64,000 nucleotides of DNA from the NCBI GenBank assembly GCA_951406725.2, contig OX597825.1, forward strand, positions 31,372,001 to 31,436,000. Direction: 5' to 3'. A program made the translations under genes and the position numbers. Each line of letters begins with the position of its first letter. Positions within the stretch are counted from its first letter, which is position 1. The notes under the pieces were generated by a model that was not told the DNA's origin, searched no databases, and was given only the letters and a program-made list of their open reading frames with translations. This DNA comes from Octopus vulgaris. Taxonomy: Eukaryota. Below are positions 14,583 to 28,748 of the stretch, piece by piece.

Positions 14583-14844
14583 TTTCGCTAAGGAAACGCT
14601 ACAGTACCAAACCCTCTGCGAATTATAAGAATATATAAATTTTGATATTGAAATTGTTCCATAAATAAATAACGCAAAACTATTTTCGAACTCAATTTTT
14701 CTTTTAATACAATTTTATCTATAAGAACTAATTTATATATTAGTTTATATATGTATGTGTGTATGTATGTGTGTGTGTGTGTCTATGTGTGCCTGTGTGT
14801 ATGTATGTATGTATGTATGTATATATATATGTGTGTGTGTGTGC

Positions 14845-14881
<37 letters not shown>

Positions 14882-14954
14882 TATACATATATATACATAT
14901 ATGTATATATATATGTATATATCTATCTATCTATTTATTTATATATATATATTC

Positions 14955-15030
<76 letters not shown>

Positions 15031-15289
15031 GGATGAAAGCAAAGAAAGGAACATGCTTGGGCTGTACATATACGATCTACACGCATATATACATGTAAAC
15101 ATGTAAGGGTTTTTCATTCTTTCTGAAACTATTTTTGTCATGAGGTTATTGCCCAGCTCCATTTTTTTAGTCGTTGTTTTACGATTTTTTCCCTTTTTTT
15201 CTTTCAACGAGTATTTCATTTTAAATTATTTTATTATTTTTTTTTGCATTCCTAAAAATAAGACCCTTTGATTTAACGCCCCTACACGA

Positions 15290-15525
15290 ATAGAAATTGT
15301 TTTGATTGGTTGCGTTGTTACCTAAGAAACAAAGTGGCATTTAAACATGACAGTTAGTATCATAAATTTTCAACTTATCCTTAGTAAAATACGGATCTTT
15401 GACGGCGTAGCTAAGTGGCGAAGGTTTTTCTTTTTTTCCCAACGGCCGTGGTGGGTGGCAAAGTAGGATATCGCTTCTGATGACTTCATGTTTGATCAAC
15501 ACAGATTAATTGACCGGAAGTCAAA
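15290..15525. promoter_or_regulatory. Candidate promoter
   Basis: Unique CpG-containing patch with GATTGG (CCAAT), X-box-like GTTACCTAAGAAAC and ETS site ACCGGAAGT. Confidence 0.4.
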
Positions 15526-15648
15526 GTCACTTAAACGTTACATGAACTGATCGAATTCACCGATTTTTACGATTCGTTCTACACACACACACACATACAC
15601 ACGCACACAAATAACACATGCACACAGACATATACATATGTATGTGTG

Positions 15649-15684
<36 letters not shown>

Positions 15685-15865
15685 CAGAGACAGACAGACA
15701 CAGAGAGAGAGAGAGAGAGAAACAGACAGAGAGAGAGAGAGAGAGAAACAGACAGACAGAAACAGAGAAAACATTGCATATGAATGAATGTATATGTATA
15801 TGAATATATAATGAATATTCATATATAAATACATATAAATAGGTGCGTGTATATATATATATATA

Positions 15866-15911
<46 letters not shown>

Positions 15912-15945
15912 ATATATATATATATGTATATATATGTATATATAT

Positions 15946-15979
<34 letters not shown>

Positions 15980-16240
15980 GCATATATATATAAATATATA
16001 TATATTTATATATATATATATGTATGTATATATATATATATAAATATATATGTATGTATGTATATATATATATACACGTGCATACATATACCCTATTTGT
16101 TAGGTTGCTTTGAAATATTTTCCCCTTTATTTGTCCCTATAGTTTCTTATCGGCTGATCTGGCAAAAAGTAACCAATAAAATTGACATTTTAATTTAGTT
16201 AGATGCTATATATGTGTCTGTGTGTATATTTGTAAGAATG

Positions 16241-16282
<42 letters not shown>

Positions 16283-17326
16283 GCATACACATATGCACTG
16301 ATACTCATGCATATAAATGTGCTTGTATTAACGTGCAAATATATGTATCTATCTATTCATATATACATACACACACACACGTGTGTTGTGAGTGTATGCG
16401 TATGTATATATGCATGTATCTATGCATATATATATGTATTCATATGTATATATATATATATATATATATACACTTTTTTCATTCGTTTATTCTTCTACTC
16501 TTTTCAGTAATTTGACTGCGGCCATGCTAGAGCACTATATATACATGCATGCATATATACATAGATGTATGTACATTAGAAAGAGACAATGCGTCTATAT
16601 CTGTGAGTGTATGTGTGTAAGTGCTTGTGTGTGTGTGTGTGAGTGTGTGTGTGTGTGTGTTTGTGTGTGTGTCTGTGTGTCTGTGTCTGTGTCTGTGTCT
16701 GTGTGTGTGTAATGAAACGAAACGATTATTGACCGTAATTTCATTTTCACCGATAATAATGGTAGAAGTTGATTGATTGGTGGGAGATATCGGATGTACC
16801 ATCTGCTACTTGTCTGTCCTGCTATTGTAGTTTATCTGTTTAAATATCGAAGATATTTACCTCTTAGTTTCCATGAAAATAATACAATGTAGTTGAAAGT
16901 AAACTCTGGAAATTACTGGAAATATAACGTAATACAGGACACTAATATGAAACAGGATCATTTTATAACAGCAAATCAGGAATTTTCATTGGATAACAGT
17001 ACAAATCAGAATATTTGATTGGATGAGCATGCACTTCTTCCTAATGAATAACGATTTCATTATAATCTGAAGTGTACCGCCTTTGCAATTAAGTTAAAAA
17101 TTAAGCAATGAATAACTTACAAGTAGTAAAGCATATTTTTATAGATGGGTAAAGGATGTCTGTGCAGTTAAGGATCTTACGTGCAGCCTCGTAGTTTTGG
17201 GTGCAGTCCCATTGTGCGACACATAAGGTAAGGCTCTTCTCCTATAGCCATATGCCGACCAATGCCTTGTATGTGGATCTCGTTGATAGAAACTGAATAA
17301 TAATAAAAAACGTCCGATGCTTATAT

Positions 17327-17383
<57 letters not shown>

Positions 17384-17529
17384 TACATATGTGTATGTAT
17401 CTGTGTGTATTTATATATATAATAATTATTTGAGGGAATATTAATCCTAACTTACAGGGGAAAATTCAATTTAGAAAAACTAATCAAATTTAATTGTTCA
17501 TTTTGAATTGATAAAAGGTGTTTTTTTTC

Positions 17530-17625
<96 letters not shown>

Positions 17626-17660
17626 ATGTATGTATGTATGTATGTATGTATGTGTGTGTG

Positions 17661-17752
<92 letters not shown>

Positions 17753-17882
17753 TATATTGAGGGTACTACTATTCGTAGATACCAACACGCTAAGAGGGAC
17801 CAATGCGGTCAAAACTACTAAAAATAAACAAAATTTTACCGAATGCAAAACTTCAAAACACATCATTTTAAAAAAGAATTCA

Positions 17883-17947
17883 GTTACATATCACATGTGA
17901 TTTCGCATTTAAATGCAGAATATGCATTTTATGTTCATCAGTGCAAC
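17883..17947 (-). ncRNA. Type I hammerhead ribozyme motif (copy 1)
   Basis: GTTGCA-CTGATGA-aCAT..ATGc-GAAA-TCACATGTGA-TA-TGTAAC. Confidence 0.88.
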
Positions 17948-18381
17948 AAACTCAAGAAATATAAGAGAAAAACATAACATTACAAGCTCGATAGCCAACC
18001 GTAGAATTCGTCGTAGCATGTCCGAATGTTTATCTTTACATATCTATGCAAATGGCGGGCTTATTCGCAATGCATTTCGGTAACAAATTGTCTATTCGGA
18101 ATAAAAATTCAGTATTGAACCATTCCGGTGAAAAATATAAATTAACAATTGAGGATAAAATCTTTAAAAGAAATTATCAGTAGTCAGCGTGAAAAACCTC
18201 GTAAGAGAAAAAATCCGTAAATTCTTCCTCTTTGAAAATATTCATTTATATTATATTGAGGGTACTACTATTCGTAGATACCAACACGCTAAGAGGGACC
18301 AATGCGGTCAAAACTACTAAAAATAAACAAAATTTTACCGAATGCAAAACTTCAAAACACATCATTTTAAAAAAGAATTCA

Positions 18382-18446
18382 GTTACATATCACATGTGAT
18401 TTCGCATTTAAATGCAGAATATGCATTTTATGTTCATCAGTGCAAC
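18382..18446 (-). ncRNA. Type I hammerhead ribozyme motif (copy 2)
   Basis: Same sequence as copy 1, 499 nt away. Confidence 0.88.
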
Positions 18447-18458
18447 AAACTCAAGTTT

Positions 18459-18504
18459 GTTGCACTGATGAACATAAAATGCGAAATCACATGTGATATG
18501 TAAC
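18459..18504 (+). ncRNA. Type I hammerhead ribozyme motif (inverted copy 3, short stem II)
   Basis: GTTGCA-CTGATGA-ACATAAAATGC-GAAA-TCACATGTGA-TA-TGTAAC. Confidence 0.85.
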
Positions 18505-18738
18505 TGAATTCTTTTTTAAAATGATGTGTTTTGAAGTTTTGCATTCGGTAAAATTTTGTTTATTTTTAGTAGTTTTGACCGCATTGGTCCCTCTTAGCGT
18601 GTTGGTATCTACGAATAGTAGTACCCTCAATATAATATAAATGAATATTTTCAAAGAGGAAGAATTTACGGATTTTTCTCTTACGAGGTTTTCACGCTGA
18701 CTACTGATAATTTTTTTTAAAGATTTTATCCTCAATTG

Positions 18739-18787
<49 letters not shown>

Positions 18788-20454
18788 CATAGATGGGATC
18801 TAGATATTCTCCGTATAGAATAGAACACACTTAGTAGTGCTCAAGGGATTTAAACTTGAGCGGGTATATAAGTAAATGTAGTGATAAGCAAATTAGACAG
18901 ATCAATATATAAAGTATATTATATACATGAAATACAAAGTTGAAATTTCTTCGTTTTGACGGGGATTTTTTCCAATGTTTTTCACCAAAGACTTCAGAAT
19001 GATGGAAGGCATCTTTTCACAAAAAAAAAAAGAAAAAAGTTTGAAAGTTCATTTTTTTCACTCTCGCCACCCTCTCACCACCGTAGTCCGAAATGATTTT
19101 GGCTTTTTTTTTCACTACGCACTTAAAACCCATGAGAGAAACATTTTCGGTTTAAAAATAATAATTTCAGAAGAAAATGTGTGATTTAAGGGAGATCTAG
19201 CTGTTGTTTCTAGCACATCCCAAAACTTCCCTCCTCGTTTCTTTCTCATTCACACATCTATTGATATTTTTCAATATTTTTCTCCCTATAAACAAATTTT
19301 ATGGAATGATGATGTCAAAGTAACACACGTGTAGTCCTCAGCGAGCGAGGCCGTGTTAGGTGCGTGTAAGAAAAAATCACTTAAAACATCTTTATTGTTC
19401 ATATCAATTTGTCAAATGTAATGCTTATTCGTTCACGTTATTTTGAAATATTCAGGCTCAAGCGGGGTGTCCACAATACTTGTAAATTTTTTACATACAG
19501 ATTTGAAATTTTATCAGTGGGTGCTTTATATACCACTGGTTTAAATTTATGTAATTTTAGCTGATCTTGCTGACTAAATTTGGCTTTTATGGGCAGGTAA
19601 ATTTAATTAACAGGTGTGAAATCAATAACATTATGAATAGACACTAAAATCAAAATTCTTAATGCATCTTACCTGTTTGATTTGTTACTAAAATTATCCC
19701 AGATGGCAACCGACAAAAATTTTGCAGCTTTTCAAAATGAGGTACATTAATTTGAATTAATTAAGATGCAGGTATAATCGGTACATGATTTCATTCTTTC
19801 CGTAAATATTTCGTACTTCGGTGAGGAATAATTTCTTTCCACAGTTTTTTCGGGTGCATTCAACGTATCTGATCTTCAAACCTGCTGCTAGCTACTTTTT
19901 CCGGAAAAGAAAGGTGTGAGGTGTGGTAGAGACCTCGAAGTTTCCTACCAAGGGAGTTTTGTTTTGCGGCCTTTTTTTCTTTTCTAGGTTATTTTGCATA
20001 CTTTCAACGAATGTGACATCGAAATTAAGCGTAAACGGCTCCCTTTTCCAGAAAAGGAAAGATTTGGCTGCTATTTTTAGCATGCCCTACTACCAGGTAA
20101 CAGCTTTTTGCGTTCACACCGAAATATTTACCAACATTTTTCCTTCTATTTTTTCCACTTTATGGAAGTCAATATTTTCTCTGTTGACATCCACCTCAGC
20201 GATGTCACGGATGAAGTGGAAACATCAATCACTGTTCCCTCTTGACGAGACAAAGAAATTTCCGGCTGTCTTTGCAAGCAACAAACGGGTGGATTTCGTT
20301 TCAAATCCAGACAGGCCCAAATGAGGTCCTACAAGTTATTTATAATAATAAGTGGCGTTATATCGGGATTGAAAGAATGACGTGTACAATACTAAATATG
20401 CTATGGCAATCTGAAAGCAATAGAAACTTTTAAACGATTACGAGTTTTTATGAA

Positions 20455-20622
20455 ATTATTGGGTTAACGGACTTGAGTTAACGGAAGCTAAATGTAACGG
20501 AAGTTAATTAGTCCGATAATGATTTTCAAAGCTAACTTAAAAGTTAAATCGTTAACGAAATGTTAACTTCGTTAATTAACGATTAACGGATTAACGGATT
20601 AAGGGAATAACGCCCAGCTCTG
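20455..20622. mobile_element. hAT-like DNA transposon end
   Basis: Terminus reads CAGAGCTGGGC on the minus strand, with clustered TTAACG subterminal repeats in both orientations. Confidence 0.5.
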
Positions 20623-21314
20623 TGTATACATATAAAAAGGTTCAATTTACATGTGATATCGAGAATTAAAGAGGTGGAAGAAAATATTACAAATCTAACA
20701 GATGTTTCTGGGGACTCGGTGCTCCATGATAGTGTTTGTAGATTGATTCCATCATAGGATGAGACGGGCCTCCTCGGGGAAGAGATCTTACGTTTGAGAT
20801 GTTAAAGGAGAGAATTTCAAAGATGGTTCCATTTTTTAACTTCTCTCCTTTAAGATCTCAAACGTAATTCGTCTCAGCGGGGACCAGTAAAAATGCCAGT
20901 TATATTTCAGCTTTCAGAAGTCTTTTCCATGTCACATACTCGCAGCCAGTAATAAGCTCAGCAGGTGTTTGTCATCTCTATACTGAACGGCCTCGTTAAG
21001 ACTTGTGAATGACTAAAACAAATGAAGAATAAATAATAAATAAATTAATAATTTGTGTATTTCATTATTGATAAACATAAATGTTTCAAGACACAGCGAT
21101 ATTAATTTCATTGAGGTAAAAGTCAACCTCAAATCGTAAATAAACGTAACAAAAAGAGCAAGGTAATTTGTCCAGAACTCTATCTTATCCGGCACAAATC
21201 CCACTATGGTCATCTTTATTTTCCATCCTTCTGGAGATGAGAAATAGCACTTGTATCGATTTAATCAACTAGCCACCCCAACAAAATTCCAGATCTTGTA
21301 CCTTCGTCAGAAAC

Positions 21315-21411
<97 letters not shown>

Positions 21412-23339
21412 AAGTACTGCAATTAGTTTGAAGTGTGTAGTCTGGAATTCACATAGTGTGACGCTTTCATCATCATCATTGTTCGACCGTGGTCGAGACT
21501 TTCATAGTCTTTTCAAATGGCTAATAATGTGTGCGCGCGCCACTACTACACACATTGGAAAGCATTGTACAACCAAGTACTAAAGAAGATCTTTCCTCCT
21601 CCATGAAACAAAGCTGTTCCCGCTGGACGTCAACCCAGTATTTCTAAGCTACGGACCCAGTGATTTATTGTAAGGTTATCTCCCTAGATAGATTGCCTTC
21701 ACTACGGCTAAGAAGCCCTTTCTACCCCATGACGCTTTACATGATGAGGCTACGCAGAATAACATTTTTTAATGTGGAATTTCTAAAGAGAGAGTTAGAT
21801 ATTTTTTATTTTTTATATAGATTTTTCATTTTTTTATGCAAAAAGTAACTCTAATTTACTTAGCAAAATATTTTGTTTTCTACCAATCGTAAGCAAACAA
21901 AATGACTGCAGCATTTAATTCCTAATCCAAAAGAAAAACACGCAACACGATGCTTGCATGACGGTTATCGGTGCAGGTCTTTACAATTTTTTGAAGCAAT
22001 ACGAGTAGGTGTTAAGCGTGGAAGTAACCAAAAGCGGTGTGCGATCGGATAGTGTCTTTATGGCCACACGAATGCTAACGGCCTCTGAATATCGTCGTAC
22101 ATATCGTCGTACACGGTGTTGGACCGTGTTGTAGATGCAGAAAGAGAACTCATGAATCTGGATGTACAAAGCAAAAAGGCAAAGCTGTTTACACTTGTAG
22201 CAAAAAGTTATAATTTAGGATCTTCTGCTGCCCTGCGAAACCAGAAAAGCAGCTTCAGATTCAGAAATAAACACATCAGGTGTCAAAAATTCATTTCGAG
22301 TAACATCACTAATCAAACAAAGCTCTTGAAATGACAGAGAACAATCTTGGTCCCAAATACTGGAGACACTGACACTTTCATTTCCTAACAGTTCGACCCA
22401 TATTCTTGCAACGAAGGGGAGCACATGTTTAACCCAACCTTACAGGAGATTTCTCACTTGTTTGTCGATGGGTTACTTTAATGATTTCATGCTTTTTAAT
22501 AACTCTATTTTTGTTTGTTTTCAGGATTATCTATTTATCCTGTTTTAAATTTATGTGAAATGTTTCACACTTCCATATATTTATTGTAAAGCCAATTTAA
22601 CCCTGCAATCGTTTTTATAGATATTTGTTTAGTCCGTCCACACGATTTTCTGTTGCGTATATGAATGTCACTGGCAAATAAATACATTGTTATCCGGTTC
22701 TTTACGTTTTGAGTTCAAATTCCTAAAAGAATACATGCAAAGGGGATGGGGTTACGAAACACTAAACGTGAGATTCCAAACTGAGGAAGCAAAATCTAAC
22801 TCTCGCAAACCCCTCAAAAGCGAGATGTTGTTAGTTCAATTCTACTGAGGCCAATGACTAACGAAAATACAAATTCGATATGTGCCGTTATAAATAGTCA
22901 TTTCTTGGTTAATTGCTGCAGTTACGATAGACATCGAGAAAAACACAAAATCCTTGAAGTCCAAAAAACAGATCTGGTCGAAGCTGAACGCAAGCTTGCC
23001 GGTACGCAAAGCTTTCAGAGACCGGATTGGCGGATTAGTTAAGCGGGCATTGACAGGGGCGATCGTCAACAACAAATGATGGTTCGCCTTGAAAAGGATG
23101 ATTAGAATAGAATGGATAAGGACAATCAGTATTGGGTTTTACCATGAACAGCCCTCGAACGTCTCCTCCATATTGAGGATTATACATTTATACCTTGTTA
23201 AAATCGTTTTCTTTTATTACGTTAAACTTGCTTACACGCAAAACCCTCACAACACACATACACACACAAACTTTGTTTTCTCTCGTGCTGTCCATAATAT
23301 TTTTCTTAATATAAACCCTTTGTGGTCAATAAATAAATC

Positions 23340-23392
<53 letters not shown>

Positions 23393-24589
23393 TGCACCGA
23401 CACGTACACCTTGAAACCTTTCACAAGTGTTGTCTGCGCAGTACCTGCAACATAAAATGACAAGATACGATATCAAATGTCAATATCTTAGAAAAATGTG
23501 ACATTTCCGGTATCAGAAGCATGCTACTGAGAATTTAGTGCAGATGGGTAGGACATGTCAAATGAAAGATAACCGCATTCCGATTTTTTTTTGAATAGCC
23601 AACAAGTAGAGGAACACCGCAGTAAAAGAAGACCCATCCTTAGATATTAGGATAAGTTGAAGCCTTCACTAAAGTCTCATAAGATTAATTTAAGATCATG
23701 GAAAAGTCATTGCTTAGATTGATCTAAATGGCGTAAAATGTGTCATATCCTGCAATCAACAGACATAATTGTCCAATCCCAGTCAAGATCATCAGTGTCT
23801 CCTGGACGACTTCATAGCAAAATTCATACCTGTACTCAAATTATATTCCCACATCATTCGCAAGTAGATACAGCTCCTTTTATTCTTTCATTTTTAAAGT
23901 TTTTTGTCTTTTTTTTGTTGCTCGCACGCCTTTTCTTTTTCTAATAAAAAAATTTTTTTTTTCTTTTAAATCCTCTACTTTTAAACACTCATACGTCGAA
24001 ATCGACGGGAGTGATCATCACCATCATCATCGTGGTGGTTATCATCACCATTATTATTATCATTATTATTATCATTATTATTATTATTATTACTACTACT
24101 ACTACTACTACTACTTACTATTGTTATTATTAAGGCACCGAGCTGGCAGAATTGTTTGAACGCTTAGCGAAATGCTTCGCGGTATTTCGTCCGTCTTTAC
24201 GTTCTCAGTTCAAATTCTGCCGAGGTCGACTTTGCCATTCGTCTTTTCGGGATTGATGAAATAAGTAATGAGGTCGTTGTAATCGACAAGTCCTCGCTCC
24301 CAATATTTCAGGCCTTCTGCCTTCATTAGAAAGGATTATTATTATCCTTATTAAGGCGTTAGCACGCCGGGGAAAATGTTCAACGGCATTTCTTCTGGTT
24401 CTACGTACCAAGTAAAAAGGCCGACTTTGCCTATCTTTGTGCTAAAATTAGATCATTATTCTTCGATTTAACTCTCAGAATTTATGTGGGTAGTCGTTTA
24501 TTACATTGTACTCTTAGATATCCACATAATTTCAATAAATCATCAAGTGCTCAAAACCCATTTGATAATCTTCCCTGTTTTTAAGAGGC

Positions 24590-24950
24590 AAACATTTCGT
24601 AGAAGCTGTCCATGACATTCCGTTCCAGTTTCCTCCAGTTGTCTATACCATTACTTACAACAATTATTACAGGCATAACCTTTACAGTTTCCACATTCCA
24701 AATTCATGCAATTTCAAATTTTAAGGGAGTGTGTGTTTTCTTGTTGCTTTGGAGTTTTTTGGGGGAAGGGGGGTATTTTGTTTTCATTTTTCGTTTTTCT
24801 TTCTTTACAATCCTGGAATCAAACGGACATGATGAATCAATCGGTCAACAAATTCGATTTTCCTTGTTATACCTGCTTTATTATTTTTTATCTTCTTACC
24901 CATTTGAATTGGAAAATCCCATAAAATCTTGCATTTCTCCGACACAAGCA
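24590..24950 (-). mobile_element. Decayed RLE-type non-LTR endonuclease fragment
   Basis: Minus-strand remnants ILWDFPIQ and EIA*IWNVETVKVMPVIIV, homologous to the 27140 fragment. Confidence 0.6.
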
Positions 24951-26379
24951 CATTTCAACCTAATGATTAAACCAAGTATTTCCTGTTTTGTTGTGCTATG
25001 GTGTGAACAGACATACTGTAAAGCCTCTTAGAGAGACTTGAGTTCTTACCAAGTTTATTAACTAAAAAATTAATTTTGACGAAGAATATTTTCAAAATTT
25101 TTATTTAGGAAATAATTTAAAGCGTCGGTATTTAATGTAGAACATGGGGTAGGCGAAAACCGTCCTCTTTTAAACATATATTTACATACACTTACGTATA
25201 GTTCTTGTTCTAGATGAGCAGGGAATATTTTCCCAAAAGCGTAACGACTAGCTTAACAAAAAGTGCCAATCCAAATAGAAGACAAATTCAAGCAGACTCA
25301 CACTTCGTCAAAGGAAAAAGTTACATTTTGATAAGTGAAAACAAATTTGCATGACGTCAATGTAAACATTAACAGCAACAACCAAAATTATTTTCGAGCA
25401 CTACAAGCTAAATAAAAAGGATTAAGTATCACTTATCTGCCGGAGAAACAAAAACAATATGTTTAGAATTTGTCACAAAAGAAAGTGCGTCAAATTTATC
25501 AAAGAACGGGCAGTAGGAGGAATATGATTTATCTTTACTTCACGAATAACGAAGATTGTTTACGATTGTTCTCAAAAGAACAGTTGAAGGTGGTTCTAAT
25601 TTGTGCAAATATGTTCCTTCCATAAGTCAGGGCATGGCATAAAGAAGTGAGGATTCGATTTTCAAAACCGAGATTGAAGCAAGGAAACCCATAAATTGAC
25701 GCTGCAATACATCAGACGGTGCAACATGAAGTGTATTTCTTTAAATATTTAATTATTCTGTCACAAGAAACGAGTGAAAACAGAAGAAAAACGACATCTT
25801 CACTAGAATATGTTTGTGCGTGCGTCTGTATCAACACTTGTGTGTGCACGCGGGAGAAAGTGTATGTACATGTACGTACGTATGAGTAGGTGTGTGTGTA
25901 TATACATGGATGTGTGTACGTGTGTGTGTGTGCGTGTGAGTATGTGTGTGTGGGTACGTGTGTGCGCGTGTGAGTGAGAGAGAGAGAGATGTTGCTGCTA
26001 ATATGTCGCATTTTATTTCATTGTGCTAGTATTGTTGTCCACTTTGGGGTAATAATTTCTTTCATTGATTTTATGGCAAGAATTTCTTTTTGAACGTTTT
26101 TCGTTTCCTCTTTGTTAATTCTTTGGGCGGGTTTTCATTTTCTTTCATTTTGGCGATTTGCTTACATGAATGTTTTAACAAGGCAAAATGTTTAAAAACT
26201 AAATTTTATTTGTCTAAACCCCTCACAAGCAGACTTTCCAAACTTTTCCAAGCTCTCTGTGTGTGACTATATTTGAAAAAATACTCTTCCATGCAATTGT
26301 ACGAGGTAAAAATCTTTTCTTTGAAGGAACAACAAAGGCATACAGGAAAATTAGAAGTGAAAAAAGCTGCTGACAGCTG

Positions 26380-26790
26380 GGAGATGGAAAACTGAAAGAG
26401 AAAGTGAATCGCTGATCATAGCCGCTAAAGAAAAACCCATTAGAGGAATTTTACAAAGACGAAGATTGATAGCACACTGCCAGGCAGCAAACGCAGAATA
26501 TGCAGAAAAGTAGACGAAAGCGAATGCTATAAGCTTGAATAAAATTGAGTATAAACGGAGGTAAAAGAATGCATTGGAACGTTTACCAAATTTGTAAATT
26601 TAAAATGACGGAAAAGTGGTAAGGACACAAGCCAGAGGCTGGCATAATAAATGATAATAACAAGATTTGAAGAGAATTTCTGCGTTAAGAATCATTAAAC
26701 TATGAAAGAAAAAGGAACAAATATAATCGAATAGTAAAAGATGAAAAGAAAAAACATTGTATAGTCATTGACATTGCAATCCCGTACAAT
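26380..26790 (+). mobile_element. Decayed RLE-type non-LTR fragment (zinc knuckle and endonuclease region)
   Basis: Remnants ESLIIAA, CRIC-like, EYKRR, KW*GHKPE and VIDIAIP, with many indels. Confidence 0.55.
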
Positions 26791-27139
26791 CAGCTCCGCC
26801 ACGTGACTTTTAGAAGCACCCTGCAACTTTTTGTTTCGAGGCCTCATCCCTTCAATCAAAATTCATAATCTACGCACCTTTTATTCACAGCTATACTTTA
26901 CTTTATTCTATCTGAACTTCAATATTTCACGTTATCCTAAAGAACATCTTTAAAAGTACAAGTTAAATTTATTTAGGTCTATTACAAATTTCAGTAAGTA
27001 AAACTTCCAGATATGAATAAAAAAGCACTTTTATAACCCTGGCCACTTTCAAAGACAAACACGGCGCACTTTTCACTTCGCGAAATCATCGATCAGTTCA
27101 GAATAATCAAGCTGAGAGCTAAATTCGTGTTCAATAGAT

Positions 27140-27550
27140 ATCATAGACAATCCACAAAGGACCATCCTGAAGCCGTGACTGAGGGAGAAAATGTGTCGAT
27201 TCTATGGGACTTCCCGTACATACAGACAAAGCTATAAAAGCTAATAAACCGGATATTATCATAAAAAGATCAGACAAAAGGGACGTGTTTATTAATTGAC
27301 ATGAGTATTCCTTGCGATCCCAATATAGCAACGAAAGAATTTGACAAGATCAGTAAATATAAAGACTTGCTAATAGAAATGGAAAAAATGTGGCATCTCA
27401 AGGCGACTACAGTACCAGCGATTGTAGGATCTCTAGGAATGATAAATAAAAAAAAAGGTACTGAAACCTATTTGAAAATGATACCAGGAAGTGCAAGAAA
27501 TCGTGTTAACTGGAACGGCTCATATCCTGAGAAAAGCATTATCGCTGTGA
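27140..27550 (+). mobile_element. 3' end of an R4/Dong-like non-LTR retrotransposon (restriction-like endonuclease)
   Basis: ILWDFPVHTDKAIKANKPDII..LIDMSIPCDPNIATKEFDKISKYKDLLIEMEKMW..VPAIVGSLG, a PD..D..K.Y RLE motif, frameshifted. Confidence 0.85.
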
Positions 27551-27655
27551 AAACAACATCCATTCATGAATTTATTTATTCATTAATTTTTTAAATACAT
27601 ATTTTACCTGTGAATTTGCGTGTGTAATCTGGGAATGCATACAATGAGCTTCTCA

Positions 27656-27716
<61 letters not shown>

Positions 27717-27746
27717 AATAATAATAATAATAACAACAACAACAAC

Positions 27747-27825
<79 letters not shown>

Positions 27826-27976
27826 TAATAATAATAACAATAATAATAGTAATAATAGACAAAGCAAAATCCCAACAAAATCCCAAAGACTACTAAATAG
27901 ACAGTATTTACACTGGAAAATGTGTAAACTCCACAAAATCAGGACTCCTACTTACTGGCATGGACATCATTTTGAG

Positions 27977-28335
27977 CCTTTAGTCGAGCAAATCGACCCC
28001 GGGACTTATTCTTTGTAAGTCTAGTACTTATTCTATCGGTCTGTTTTGCCGAACCGCTAAGTTACGGAGACGTAAGCACACCAGCATCGGTTGTCAAGCG
28101 ATGTTGGGGGGACAAACACAGACACACAAATATATACACACACACATATATATATATACATACAAATATACGACGGGCTTCTTTCAGTTTCCGTCTACCA
28201 AATCCACTCACAAGGCTTTGGTCGGCCCGAGGCTATAGTAGAAGACATTTGCCCAACGTGCCACGCAGTGGGACTGAACCCTGAACCATGTGGTTGGTAA
28301 GCAAGCTACTTACCACACAGCCACTCCTACGCCTA
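27977..28335 (-). mobile_element. SINE family A
   Basis: Matches the other family A copies. Confidence 0.85.
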
Positions 28336-28575
28336 TATCTGTAAAGGAATTCGAAAAGCTAAGTAAATATAATTACTTGGAAATTGGAATACAAAAGATG
28401 TGGCCATCTGAAAGCGAGAACTGTTTCTGTTATTGTAGGTTCCCGAGGTATGATAAAAAAGGGATGTCAGAAACATTTAGATAAGATCCCAGGATAACCA
28501 TGTCTCAGAGAAATCCAAAAGATTGTATTAACAAGTACTGCCCACATCCTTTGGAAAACCCTATCCATTTAAATG
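28336..28575 (+). mobile_element. RLE non-LTR 3' end fragment
   Basis: KEFEKLSKYNYLEIGIQKMW...EIQKIVLTSTAHILWK, paralogous to 27140-27550. Confidence 0.75.
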
Positions 28576-28748
28576 TCTGTGTTCTATTGAGTGAAGTTAT
28601 TTCACTACTTCCCCTCCCCAAGCTTTCAATCACTCGCCCCAAGACACTGGCTGTGTCTTGGCAAGTGACTGTAACGAACATGCTGATTAAAAGTAAGAAA
28701 TTAATAATGATGATGATGAAGATGATGATGATGATGATGATGATGATG

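Larger units (their letters stand above)
17748..18743 (-). mobile_element. Non-autonomous Penelope-type / retrozyme-like element: 499-bp partial tandem plus inverted arm, inside (TA)n
   Basis: 17748-17956 is repeated at 18247-18455. 18455-18743 is the reverse complement of about 18140-18450. Three hammerheads; (TA)n on both sides. Confidence 0.85.
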
